This document shows positions 17,603 to 29,754 of a DNA stretch of 64,000 bases, one piece after another. The stretch is from Microbotryum violaceum (lineage: Eukaryota), in NCBI GenBank assembly GCA_001244265.2, contig CDLV01000004.1, positions 1,488,001 to 1,552,000 of the forward strand. Reading direction: 5' to 3'. How positions within the stretch are numbered: position 1 is the stretch's first letter; each line of letters opens with the position of its first letter. Below the pieces are notes generated by a model. That model searched no databases, was not told the origin of the DNA, and saw only the letters and a program-made list of their open reading frames with translations. Position numbers and translations under genes: made by a program.

Positions 17603-20025
17603 ATGGCACCACATCGCGACTCGTTCACACCAGGACAAGGCTTCCTCGATGATACCACAGTCAGTACACCCATCTCCCGCCGAGGTCAATCTACAGAGTC
17701 ACCGTGCAGAACAGCCACTGATTCTCGGCTTTCCCCGCCTCTGTTCTTTAGAACACCTACCGCCCTTCCGCCTTTTCCTCCTCCTCCTCCTCCTCCTCCT
17801 CCTCCTCCTCCTCAGCCTCTCGAAACAAGTCCTCGACCCAGGCCAGGCTCTTCGGGATGCACAAAGCCGCGATCATCACACCTCGAGCAACATCGGCCGC
17901 AGCCTCGGGGAGCTCGTCGCGCTCGCGTACTGCTTCGACCAAGTCAATGGGTTTGGTCGATGCTTTTAGTCGACAAGCTAGTCAGAGTACCAGCTCGGCA
18001 TCCAAGACCAGGGCTAGTCAGTCACGACGACGCGTAGAGCGGGCACAACCGGATGCTCGATCGCCAGCCAGTGGCGATGACGAAGACGACGATGACGAAG
18101 ACGAGCGCGACGAGGCGCGTGGACCTAACTCGAGCCATCAGTGGCGAAACGGAGGACGCGATGATCCATCTTCCTCGCGCCACTCTGAAGATACCTTCTC
18201 CGGCGTAGGCAAAAAAAATCTTGCCCAATCCCGTCGCCACTCTTCCGAAAGCGAAAGCCATCTACCCCCCCCTACCTCGAATACTTTCGCTCGCTCGATC
18301 CTCAACCCCTTGTCTAAACGCCGCGGCCCGCGCCTCTCTTTCGACGACGACCCGCACGAGAATGGCGACGACGACGAGATGATGATGTTGGGCGAAGAGG
18401 CGAGGAGGAAGAAGAATAGGGTCTGGACAGGGAGCAGGGCACAGTTGGATTTGGTGCCGTTGCGGGATTGGGAAGAAGATCAAGCGAGAGAAGAGGAGAG
18501 GGATAAGGGACGGAGTTCGGCGACAGCGGCGGTGGAGGCTGAGAGCAAGGGAAAGAAGCCACTCGAGATGTTGGGTGACGAGGAAAACGTCGAGATCCGA
18601 CACCGTGTGCAACAGTCTACACAGTCTCGACTCGACCACCCGTTGTCCGCCTCACCTTCCGACCTGGAGACCGAAAACGACGAGCCGTTCCCTCTGTCCG
18701 CGCAATCAAAGCCTCGGATGATCGAATCCCAACCTTCCTTTGCCGACTCGAGCGAATCCGACGCTGGGGAATACCTGCAACAATGTCTTGTAGGAGGAAG
18801 AGGGGACGAGTTTGTCCTGTCCTCGAGTGCGGATGCGGAGGTTCTCGTTTGCGATTCCGACGAAGAAACGCTCGATCGATTGGCGTATCAATTTGGGAGG
18901 GGAGGCGTTGACGATTCGGCCTTTGCGGAGTACAATGATGATGAGGAGGAAGATGGGGGATGTGAAGAACGGGGAGATGTGGGGATGATCCTCCCGAGTT
19001 TCCAACCCCGGTCGGACGAGGTGACCATCTTGGAATCGGAGAAGAGGAAGGCCGTGGGGTTGGAGAGAAGCGAGTCGTCGATACTTATGCCGCCCCCTCC
19101 GGTACCGATTCGTCAACAAGCTCGACAAGTCATCAAAGTGGAGGAAGTACCGCAACCTCAAGCCAGGGATCAAGTTTCTTTCGACGAGATCGAAACGCAG
19201 TGGGCTGTTCACTCGCCGATCAAGTCCCGACCCAACACAACGCTCGAGACAATTCCTAGTCGACCCTCAACATGGTCCTCTCTCGACGCAGCATGGCAAG
19301 GAGCACGGCCCCTGACACCTCCTCCGCCCCCTGAACCAAGGCAAGCGAATTTGCTCGAGTTTTTCCCTAAGACTCACGAAGCGAGAGCGGACGAAGGGGA
19401 GGAGGATCAAGAGAACTGGATTATTGAGGACTCACAACCTGGTTCGTCGATACCTTTGGGTCAGCATTTCCATGAAATGAGGGCTTTCCAAGCTGCATTG
19501 ATCACTACGCGTGGGATGGGGAAGAAGAAGATCCGAGGCGGGAACGGATTGGGAGGGATTGAGGAAGAAGAAGATATTGAGGAGGCGGAGGAAGAGGTCG
19601 ATGAGGTCGAGGTGCCCTCTTCGGATCAGGAGGATGGGCCTTGGTCACCTTTGGGATCGCCTGTCAGGATGAGGTTCCCTGGATCGGGGATTGGGAAGGA
19701 AACGGAGATAGTGCAGCTGGATGCCGTGGAAGAGGAGGACAGAGAGGATGTTAGGGGAGACGATGATGCCGAGGCTGTTCCCGAAGCAGAAGAATTAGGA
19801 GACGATTCAATGGATTTCCTCCCCCCTCTCCCCTCGTTCCCGCCATCGAGCCAGATGTCGTCGACTCAGAGGGATCGGATCAAGAGTCGGGAAGGTAGCG
19901 GTGAGATGGAAGAAGCGGAACGGGAGGAGACGCAGTGGGAAAGTTATTGGACGGTGGAAGCGGTCGAACCGTCGCCCTTTCATGCGTTGATGGATGATGA
20001 TGATGAAGAGGACGAGAACGTGTAG
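17603..20025 (+). CDS. Hypothetical acidic/Ser-rich low-complexity protein (one predicted intron, about 17660-17751)
   Basis: A 722-aa ORF joins an upstream ATG through a GTCAGT..CTGAT..TTTAG intron. The (CCT)n tract then reads as poly-Ser. Confidence 0.7.
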
Positions 20026-20238
20026 ATAGGATCATGCGCCTTGGCATTTTGTCGTGATTTTGTTGGGTGACCTTGAAGCAAAGTATGCGAGAAGAGAGCT
20101 TCTCCAAATGTGTTGAAGACCTAGGGTATGCGTACAACATAAATCTATAACTACGGTGAGATAATAGGGTAACTACCTCCAGACAGATAAGAATTGTCAA
20201 AGCTCTATGTATATATCGAGAACCTCTCTGCCATCTAT

Positions 20239-21259
20239 CTAAACTGCTTCCGGAGCCACGATCAACACCGGTTCATCGCCCAAACTCTTGACCCCTTTGA
20301 ACGTCGGCGTTGTCTCCTCCTGAGGCGGCAACGCTCCGACCCTCTGCGCCGAAGCGAGATAAACGGACCAAAGACAACTCGCCACGCTCATGAAGGGTGG
20401 TCGAGCATAGACGGGCATGACGGACATGTTGACGATCTGCGCAGGGAAGAAGAGGCACCACGAGTGCGAAGTCGAGGTCCAGAGGCGGTCTTGGAGACGT
20501 TCGTAAATGCCTTCGATGGGAGGGGGTGACGTTGGGGATGTGGTGGGGATGGGTGCATGGGTTCGCCAGGGTCGACCTTCGAGGAGTCCTTAAGAGGTGT
20601 AGAAAAGGCAGCAGGCGAAGGGGGCGAAGGTCGTGGCGTCGATGATCGCTCGGGTGAAGGCAGCTGTGGAAGGCATAGACAGAGTAGGTCAGATTTATGT
20701 TTCACACAGAAAGAAGGTAATCACTTGGAAGCGGCTTTTACTTTTCAGCTTGCCGCCATGGTTGACTTTGTTCAGTACGGCGTGCCATCTAATAAAGAAT
20801 CGTTGCATGCAATAAGAAGATTAGTGTCAATCATTCTATTTGAAACGCTGTAACTCCGAGCTGAGAGTGCTGCCGGCTAACCTGTTCGCGATGGGTGCCC
20901 AAAACAGACCACCGTAGATCATCATCCTCTTCGTGCGGTAAAACTGCATCGGATCCAGCCAAGGGTCAGCCAGTCACTCTGCCAGATTACGGGTCCACGG
21001 GCGCGCACGGACCTCGTGATTTTTCCAACCGACTTTCTCAAAGGCTTGTTGATATATGACATCACCTAGACCGCTGGTGAAAGTGCTTGTAGCCATTTGT
21101 GTCGGTAGGGTGTAGCGTTGCAAAAGCGAGACTGGAACAGAAGAGCAAATTAGTCAATTTGTCTGGCTTCCAATCACGTCCAGGGGAGACGGCTTCAGGG
21201 ACTGAGTGTGCATTCCACCAGGACACTACCTTACCATAACCTTGAAATATGAATGCCAT
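20239..21259 (-). pseudogene. SYM1: Mpv17/PMP22-family (SYM1-like) gene with an in-frame TAA at 20590-20592
   Basis: Spliced reading MAFIFQGY..LGDVIYQQ..RTKRMMIYGGLFWAP..WHAVL..DATTFAP..FYTS*GLLEG..WCLFFPAQIVNMSVMPVYARPPF..WSVYLA. Confidence 0.8.
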
Positions 21260-21658
21260 GATTCCCAGTGTATTTTGATACAATCGCCAGATGGCCGAGC
21301 CGCTTCAAGCTGACCGAGTCCACGGCGATCCAAGTCCCTTCCGCGGTTGCGAAATTGTCCGTCCGGCCGCGGTCGTGATGTCTAGCAGCTCTTGTAAGGA
21401 TCTGTTCCTCCTTTGGACCAGCTTGAGATGTGGCCGATATCAGCTGCTAAGCTCTCTTGAATCGAACGGGGTACGAGCTGGGCCGCGACGAACGCGACCT
21501 TCCTTTGGGGTGTGTCACAGGATGCTGAATAATGTCTGTTCAGCTTTAGCGGTAAGAGATCCACGCCCATCGTTCAAGCGCGCATCCGTGCATTCTAGTC
21601 CTGACTCAGCGTCAGCCGATCCTAGCTTCTCAGGAGCGCTCAGCGTATTTTCCTAGCC

Positions 21659-21924
21659 TGTAAGGCCGGTGGCCTTACAGAAGGATCGCGAGTACTGGGC
21701 CGATCGACTCGTCGTATTCGTTGTCCTTGAAGAGGTATTGTAGACTGTATTCTGGTTTCAGGATCGGTTCGAATGAATGTGTTCCTCCAAGAGGGAGAGA
21801 GAGGACCGAGACTGAACTACACAAAAGGGGGAAACCGGCCAATAATGGTCCAATATTCGGTTAACCGGGTTTCGGCCAGATTCAGTCGTTGGTCATGCGC
21901 GTGCGAGGCCGCTCGGGCCTCACA
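21659..21924 (-). repeat. 3' LTR of Gypsy element
   Basis: Direct repeat of 35588-35853 with 5 visible substitutions; PPT adjacent. Confidence 0.95.
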
Positions 21925-23325
21925 TCCTCCTTCCCAAATCCAATTTGATTGGATTTTCTTCAGTACGGGTGGCTCCTGCCTTTGCCTTTTGACCTGGGCA
22001 AGAGTTCGCGTCGTTCCGTGTCGATCTGTGTTGTCGCGAGCTTCGCCGCGGCTGTTCTCGTCCGGATTTCTTCGAGCTTGAGGAGAGCTTCGTTGATTTC
22101 GTCTGAGATGTCGAGCATGCTGCAATCGTGTCGCACGCGTTGCTGTTTTCCTTCGACCTCTTGGTCCCGTAGTTGTCGACGGTTGAGATGACCCGTTTCA
22201 GCGAGCTCTGCGCGTTTTCGTTCCTATTCAATGAGGTGTTCATACTCATCTGGTCAGTCGCGTCCACGTTTGTTTTCGCCGCGACTGCATGTTCCTCCTG
22301 TCTCACAAGAGCCTCGAAAAGCGTGATTTCGTTGACTGCCATGTGCATGTCCAACCATCGATTGAGTGGCGTCTTGTAACCGGCGTGGTATGCGTCCCAT
22401 AGGTCGCGGACCATATCGTCCGTCGTTTGCAGAGTGTCGCTGCGTTCGTTTTTGTTGTCGCTATACTTGACATGGTATCGGAGGCCGGTCCCGTTTCGGG
22501 AAATGTTAATCACGTTCTTGATACGTGGAGGGGGGTTGCGCTCCCGAGGCCGGACTTGGCCGGGGCTTGACGGTGGTGAAGGCGTAAGATTTCGCTCCAT
22601 TCTTCACGGTTCTTGAGTGAAGCCACGGTGATGGATTTGTCATAGCTAGGTTCATCGAAGTCGGGCAAGGGACTCCGTTGGATGGGAGCCGTCACCTGTT
22701 GTTCTGGTTTGTTGGCAATTGTTTCAGTCACGGGTGCTGGTGCCGCTTGGACCGCTTCCGCTGGCGCAGGTGTCGGCTGTGTTGCACTCGAAGTGACGTC
22801 TTCCCCGATGAGGTCTCCGTATTTGCCGTATGGGCCGTATTCGATGTCGTCTCGGTTTTCAACTTCCATTTGTTGATCTGTCTGGATGTTGTCCGTCATT
22901 GTGACGCCGTCGATCGGAAATAGTGGTTTGGGGTTGAAAAGGCGGTTGGGGAACCGGTTTTTGTCTGTGGCGACCCACTTCTTTACTTGACTTGCGTGAA
23001 AGCGGGGGTGGAGTCGTCGTTGGGCGTAGCGTGGAGAGAGTTCCAACGTATACGTCGATGTGACCGGAGTGAATGCCACACATTTAAATGGGCCAGCCCA
23101 AGGGGGGGTCCATTTGCGTGATCGGTCAGGTGCACAAGCGAAGTTCGCTGTGCGCACTAAAAACAATTCTCCTATTGCGGTCTGAGGCTGTGCGTCAGGT
23201 TTCCGCTTTCGGTTGGCAATGACTGCCTGGTCACCACGTGCTTTCAAGATATTGTCTCTAGCGCGTGATCGTTGTTGCATCGCTCGGTCAATCAATTCGC
23301 CGGCGGCAGTGCCGTCGGGAGGCCG
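21925..23325 (-). pseudogene. Gypsy integrase C-terminal region with a possible chromodomain-like tail
   Basis: ARDNILKAR..ANRKRK..KWTPPWAGPFK..YTLEL..LHPRFHASQVK (GPF/Y module), followed by RYHVKY. Confidence 0.8.
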
Positions 23326-25342
23326 TGTTGTGGATTTGGACTTGGAGTACCAATGAATGAATGAAGATTTGCTGTAGCTACATGGCGTTGATAGATGACC
23401 TATTGTGAGATAGAGTATCGCCAAGGTCAATCAACTTGTAGCAGGCAAATGGGCGAGATAGATATCGAGTGTGTGTTAAAGAAGAAGGAGAGAGTGAACG
23501 AGACCAGAGCCTTAGATAGTATCCGCGTGCAAGCCACCTCTGAGTCCAATCAATACACCACATTGCCATCTGCCTCCATCCGGTGCCGCGCCACGCGCGC
23601 GCCAACTTCCCAATGCCACAAGTCCCTCTGGACCGCTGACCCTTTTAATTTCCCACAACACTCCCACTGGTCAAGGCTCCAAGGGATACCATCCCCAATC
23701 CATCACAATGAAGTTCGAACAAGTTGCGAGCGAGCGGCTTGGTGAGAAGATCCGCAGTCATGGCTCCTGTCTTGCAATACTTGATTTGAATGTCGCCAGT
23801 CGTAACTCGCTCGCGAATGTAGAAGTGATGCACACTGTAGTGCTTCGTCCTACCATGATGAGCTGGGTTCTGTGTGATTGCGATCACCGCCTGATTGTCC
23901 TCCCAGAGAAGTGTAGATCCAGGCTGTTGAATCTTGAGATCCGCAGCCAGGCGTCAAAGCCACATGGCCTCCTTTGCTGTTGCGGAAGCAGCCAAGATCT
24001 CGGCCTCAGTAGTTGAAGTCGCAACCATCGATTGCTGCTTACTCTGCCAAGAAATTGCTGCGCCTGCCATGATCAAGACGAACGCTCCTATCGACTTGCC
24101 AGTCAACATGTCGTCTCCCCACAAGGCATCTGAGTAGAGTTCGAACACAGTCGAACCCTCGAGGTTGTACTTGAGTCCCCAGTCAATGGTACCTTGCAAG
24201 TAGCGGATGATCCTCTTCACCGCGATCCAGTCGGCCTGGGTAGGAGCTGAAACCTTGGAAGCTGCTGCACGAACCGAAGTGACGATGTTGGGACGAGCAC
24301 AATGCGCAGCATACTGCAAAGCTCCCACTGCTGACTGGTAGAGTGCAATGTCGTTGAACAGCTCCGCCGAGTGTTCCATGTTCAACCTGGGCTCCATCGG
24401 GACCTTCGCTGGGTGCTTCGATCCGTGATCTCCGCCATACGTAGCAACAAGGCTCCTGATGTACTTGGACTGGTGCACGAAGATGAACTTGGACGAGCGC
24501 AGGAATTCGAGACCGAGAAACACCTTCACAGAACCAAGTTGTTTGAGTTGGTACACCTTGTTGAAAGCTTGGATCTCCAAATCCAGAAACGTCTGATCGT
24601 TCGAGGCAGCGAGTCCATCATTGACGTAAAGAGTAATGTAGATGAACATCTCCTCGACACGCTTGACGTAAAGACATGAATCAGCGTCAGATCGCGAGTA
24701 ACCACAAGCGACCATGAGTTTGTTGACTGCCGAGTTCCATTCTCGAGGAGCTTGCTTCGTTCCATACATTGATTTGACAAGACGAAGGACTTGGCCAAGC
24801 TGAGCACGATCCCAACCCTTGGGATACTTCATGTAGACCATCTCCGTCATTGTTCCGTTCAGAAACGCTGAGTCGTAATCGAATTGTTCGAGGCACAGTC
24901 CTTGGGATGCAGCAATGGCGATGAGAAAGAGAATCGTCGTAGAGCGAGCAACAGGAGCGAAAGTCTCATTGTAGTCAATGCCAGATCGCTGTGCAAAACC
25001 TTGCGCGACCAATCGAGCCTTGTAACGACTGACTTCTCCTTGAGCATTCTCCTTACGAGCGAAAACCCACTTCGACCGAGAGCGTGAGCACCGTGGGGAA
25101 GATCCGAGTCTGCAAGGACTTGATGACGATCCATCGCATTGAGTTCGTCCTGGATAGCTTCCTTCCACTTGTCCGCTTCGACATTATTCATCGCTTCTTT
25201 GTAGCTGCTGGGTACGGCCGGTCAATCCGTGCTGATCATCGCATAGCCAGACATGATGGGTGGTTTGGGATCGAGTTTGGGTATATCTGTGACAAAGAGA
25301 CCTTGTTGTTCCGCGATGCGTCTTTGGCCACGAGTACGCTGA
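23326..25342 (-). mobile_element. Copia 3' half (RT-RNaseH, PPT, 335-bp 3' LTR TGTTGTGG...CCACAACA) inserted in the Gypsy integrase
   Basis: [33 protein letters not shown] and HGRTKH motifs. The LTR at 23326-23660 has an 8-bp terminal IR. Confidence 0.9.
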
Positions 25343-27959
25343 GGACACCAACCTCGGCGATTTCCTCCAGGGCATCACGGACAAGGTCGATCAACTCGAA
25401 GATCTCGGCCAAAAGTTCAAGGATGAAGCCATCGTCGCGTTTATGCTTCAAGCTCTACCTCCCTCATACGAGATGCTCAAGCAAGCTATAAAGCTCAGCG
25501 ATAAGTGCTCGGTTGACTACGCCGTCAATCGACTTACCGACGAGTACAGTGAACGCAAGCTCACTGGCAAGTACGACAAATTACTCAAGAACGCGGGAGC
25601 GTTAGCGGTTCGCGAAGGCACACAAGTCAAGCGTGATCCGAACTGCATTTGTCGTGGTTGCAAGGGAACCGGTCATTACCAAATCGATCCGGAATGTCCA
25701 AAGTACGATCCGAACGCCAAACGCGGTCGTAACAAGAACCACAGCAACAAGAAGAAGAAGCAACATAAGCATTCCAAGGGATCTGCGGATTCGGAGGAGT
25801 CGGCTTCTTTTGCGTTGGTGGTCAAGTCTCTCGAGGAGAGCCATTCGCTTCACATCAACGTCGCGAATAGGGTGTCACAGAACGACCAGAGTGAGATCTG
25901 GATCCTGGACACCGGTGCGAGTCAGCACTACGTCGGCAACGCAAGTCTGCTTACCGACCGTCAACATGGAAGTCTGAACGTTCAAACCGCAAGCGGTCAG
26001 GTAGTACATTGCGACACGTATAGTACGGTACTGTTCAAGTTGAGAAGCGGGGCCTCGCTCTCACTTTCGAACGTCTACCATCTCCCAGGCGCTCCGGTGA
26101 ACCTCGTCTCGACTCGTGCCTCTATACCGATCAGGAGCTAGTTGCGGATGGGAAGATGGCAGGGATGTCATGACGATCAAGATCAAAGGGCTTACCGTAG
26201 CAAAGACGCTGAACGGTACCGGTTACACCCTCGACTTTACGCGCATTGTTAAGGACCAAGCTCATGTTGCAACTCGTGCGACAGTGGGAGCGCCTTTGAT
26301 GGAATGGCATTGTCGCTACGGCCACATCGCCGTGAGCTCGCTCAAGGAGCTCGTCAAGTCAGGCGCTGTAGATGGACTAGTTCTCGCCGACGAGAAGGTC
26401 CACGACTGCGAGCCCTGCATCAGTTCCAAGTCTCGCGTATCGAAGTTCTCCGAGTCGGTTACTCATGTCACCGACGTCCTTCAACGCGTATTCATGGACA
26501 TCGGATTCGTCGCAGAAGATCAAGTCAATTTTCAAGGTCGAAAGGCGTACCTGGCTATTGCAGACCAGTACTCGACTGCCAAGTGGACATTTTCGTTGAA
26601 GACCAAGTCGGCCAAAGAAGTCACTCGCGTATGGATCGCATTTCGACAAGGTGTCGAGAAGATGACTGGTCGCAAAATCAAGCGCGTTCGCACGGACAAT
26701 GGCAACAAGTTCACCAACAAGCTCATCGGCACAGATTTCCAAAGTCAAGGAATTCTACATGAGACCTCAGCACCGTACACCCCACAACAGAATGGAACGG
26801 TCGAACACTTCAATGGCTCGTTGATGGCGATCGTTCGTGCGGTCCTTGCAGCCTCCAAGCTGTCTTGGAAGTACTGGTCTTATGCGATGGAGTACGCCAC
26901 GTTTGTCGCGAATCGGGTCCTACACTCCAAGTTGGATGGCAAGACGGCTTACGAAGTTTTCTACGGAAAGAAGCCCAAGGTCTCGCACTTTCGTCCGTTT
27001 GAATTGACCGTCTTCGCGCAAGTCCCCAAGTCGAAACGCTCTAAGCTCGAGCCGACTTTAGTCAGGGGATCGTTCGTCGGGTATGACAACGAGTACAACT
27101 ATCGCGTGCTTGTAGACTCCGATTCGGAACACAAGGTGGTCATCACACGCAACATTGCGGTCTTGAACCTACAACCAGAGGAGGTCCGTGCACCGGAGGT
27201 CACGACTTTGCTCGAGGGGCCAGATGAAGATGTGGGTCCCGTCTTGGAAGGCAACGACGCCGGAGACGAACTTCAGGATGGGGTTGCTGTAGAGCAGATA
27301 GCCCCTGCTCGTCCGAACCGTCCTTGTTGGGAATACGGAGATCCCGCGGTTAGGGGTCGAAACCCAGGCAGGTTTGAGGAGATCGACACAGGCAACAAGA
27401 TTCATCAGCGTACTCGTGGCCAAAGACGCATCGCGGAACAACAAGGTCTCTTTGTCACAGATATACCCGAACTCGATCCCAAACCACCCATCATGTCTGG
27501 CTATGCGATGATCAGCACGGATCGACCGGCCGTACCCAGCAGCTACAAAGAAGCGATGAATAATGTCGAAGCGGACAAGTGGAAGGAAGCTATCCAGGAC
27601 GAACTCAATGCGATGGATCGTCATCAAGTCCTTGCAGACTCGGATCTTCCCCACGGTGCTCACGCTCTCGGGTCGAAGTGGGTTTTCGCTCGTAAGGAGA
27701 ATGCTCAAGGAGAAGTCAGTCGTTACAAGGCTCGATTGGTCGTGCAAGGTTTTGCACAGCGATCTGGCATTGACTACAATGAGACTTTCGCTCCTGTTGC
27801 TCGCTCTACGACGATTCTCTTTCTCATCGCCATTGCTGCATCCCAAGGACTGTGCCTCGAACAATTCGATTACGACTCAGCGTTTCTGAACGGAACAATG
27901 ACGGAGATGGTCTACATGAAGTATCCCAAGGGTTGGGATCGTGCTCAGCTTGGCCAAGT
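25343..27959 (+). mobile_element. Copia gag(partial)-PR-IN-RT(partial) of the same family, inverted orientation
   Basis: CRGCKGTGH knuckle, [24 protein letters not shown] and YTPQQNG motifs. 27405-27959 is the reverse complement of about 24789-25342. Confidence 0.9.
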
Positions 27960-28350
27960 ACAGCTTGGAGATGCGATTGTAGTACTTTGTCGTCTCCTTC
28001 GATCGACTGGGTTCATCACCTGCCAAACGACCGTTGGTGCGCCTGATCGCGAGCTGGTTCTGTTGTTCCTGCGTCGCGATCTTTTGCAACGAAGCGAAGA
28101 GCGTCCATGTGCTGACGACAAAGTTTCTACTATACGAAGATGATGACGATGCCGTCTGCCCAGCCGAGGTCGAGGCTCCTTGGGAAGCATAGTAGAGGAG
28201 CTGTGGCTGCGGAGTGCTAGCGGCTGGGGTCGCACCACTCTTGGGCGTGGGCACGAGCACGAGTTGGTTCGGCGAGAGCGGGTTCCATGCCGATTGCAAG
28301 GTCGTGTGCGCCGGCGCTGGAGGTTGAAGTTGTACTCGCCGGGAGGTCAT
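27960..28350 (-). pseudogene. 5' fragment of an unidentified gene divergent from APS2, truncated at the Copia junction
   Basis: ORF MTSRRVQLQ...[12 protein letters not shown] runs into Copia sequence. No recognisable domain. Confidence 0.35.
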
Positions 28351-28583
28351 CGTCGTCCGCCGGTTGATGTGCAGCGCGGTGCACGGCAAGAGGGAGCGCG
28401 AAGAGCCAGCCTGCGACGCGCTTGTACGACGTTTGGTTAAGTTTGGCCACGAATTCGGTGACCGGACGAATGACGCGCCTTGGCTCGCTCAGCCACGCTC
28501 AGCCACGCTCAGCCACGCTTTTGTCACCTCCTTTCCCCACCTCGGGCTCCCCACCGGTACGACGTCGTACGACCTACCTCAAC

Positions 28584-29516
28584 ATAATCCGCTTTATTCT
28601 CGTTCAGGTCAGTCGAGCATACCCTCACCTTCACTGGCATCTGAGCCGACAGCTGAAGCTGCTTCGCCCGCCCATCTCATCGTCATCATCGGCCACTCCG
28701 TCGTACGACCTACTGACCTCCTATTCTCCACTTGTTACTACCGACGCAATCGCTCCATCCAGAACCGGCACGGAAAGACACGGTTATCAAAGTGGTGTAA
28801 GCAGTGGTCACACTCTATCTCGAGTCCCGTGGTCTCCTTTCCCCCCACCTCAGCTCGTGTACGACCTTCAATTCCAGAGCCCCTGTGGCCGCGAGGATGG
28901 AGTCTGCAGGATCTCTTCATCCTGAACTAAAGCTGACCACCAACTAATCTGTCAGATGTTCCCCTGGACGACCAAGAGAAACAATCGATGCGGGGCGAGA
29001 TCCACCGTCTGATCGCGCCGAGGGACCAAAAGTACCAATCCAATTTTGCCGAAGTAAGGACCCAATCCACCTTCTGTTTCCCCCACAACGTTCTTTTTTT
29101 CTTCCTACTGACCTCTCCACTCTTTTTCCCTTTTTCATTCCGACTCATAGTTCCGGAACCACAAGATCGTGTACCGTCGCTACGCGGGTCTCTTTTTCAC
29201 CTTCTGCGTCGACGCGAACGACAACGAACTCGTATGGCTCGAGGCGATTCATCTCTTCGTCGAAGTACTAGGTACGCCCTCCCCATCGATCGAGATATAC
29301 TTCCCCCAAGTCGTGTAACTAATCCTTCCCCCTCCTCTGACTCACCCGACGTCCGAACCAGACGCTTTTTTCGGCAACGTCTGTGAACTCGACCTCGTCT
29401 TTCACTTTTACAAAGTCTACGCCATCTTGGACGAGATCTTCCTGGCTGGAGAAGTGGAGGAGACGAGTAAGGCCGTCATTTTGGATCGGTTGGATTATTT
29501 GGACAAGTTGGAGTGA
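28584..29516 (+). CDS. APS2: AP-2 complex sigma subunit, 5 exons; start position reads ATA instead of ATG
   Basis: (M)[89 protein letters not shown]. Confidence 0.92.
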
Positions 29517-29754
29517 GCGAGGCGAGGCACCTCATCCCTGGAAGGGAGTAGAAACGTTCGGTGTAGGTTCGTAAGGTGTATGGCAGTGCATGTATGTATA
29601 TGTAATAGCAAGCATTACCAAGGCCAATAACCCAAAGATGGCCCTATACCGACCCCTCTCTCGCAAGTTTTTCAGTTCAAAACCGAGAAGCTGATCAAGA
29701 ATTGCAAAATTACCCCCTACCAAGATACCTCATCCCACACCCCTCAACCTCCCT

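Noticed and set aside
17387..18037. Poly-Pro or poly-Leu ORFs across the (CCT)n tract
   Set aside because: They start inside the transposon end. A canonical intron puts the tract in the poly-Ser frame of the long ORF.
23326..23400. GGTCATCTATC as a PBS after a shorter LTR, implying a tandem or one-LTR-circle insertion
   Set aside because: The terminal IR TGTTGTGG/CCACAACA and the TSD-bounded solo LTR at 4844-5219 show this segment is inside the LTR.
27960..28350. Crypton/tyrosine recombinase N-terminus
   Set aside because: Only a vague T..YY.R resemblance, with no catalytic motifs present.
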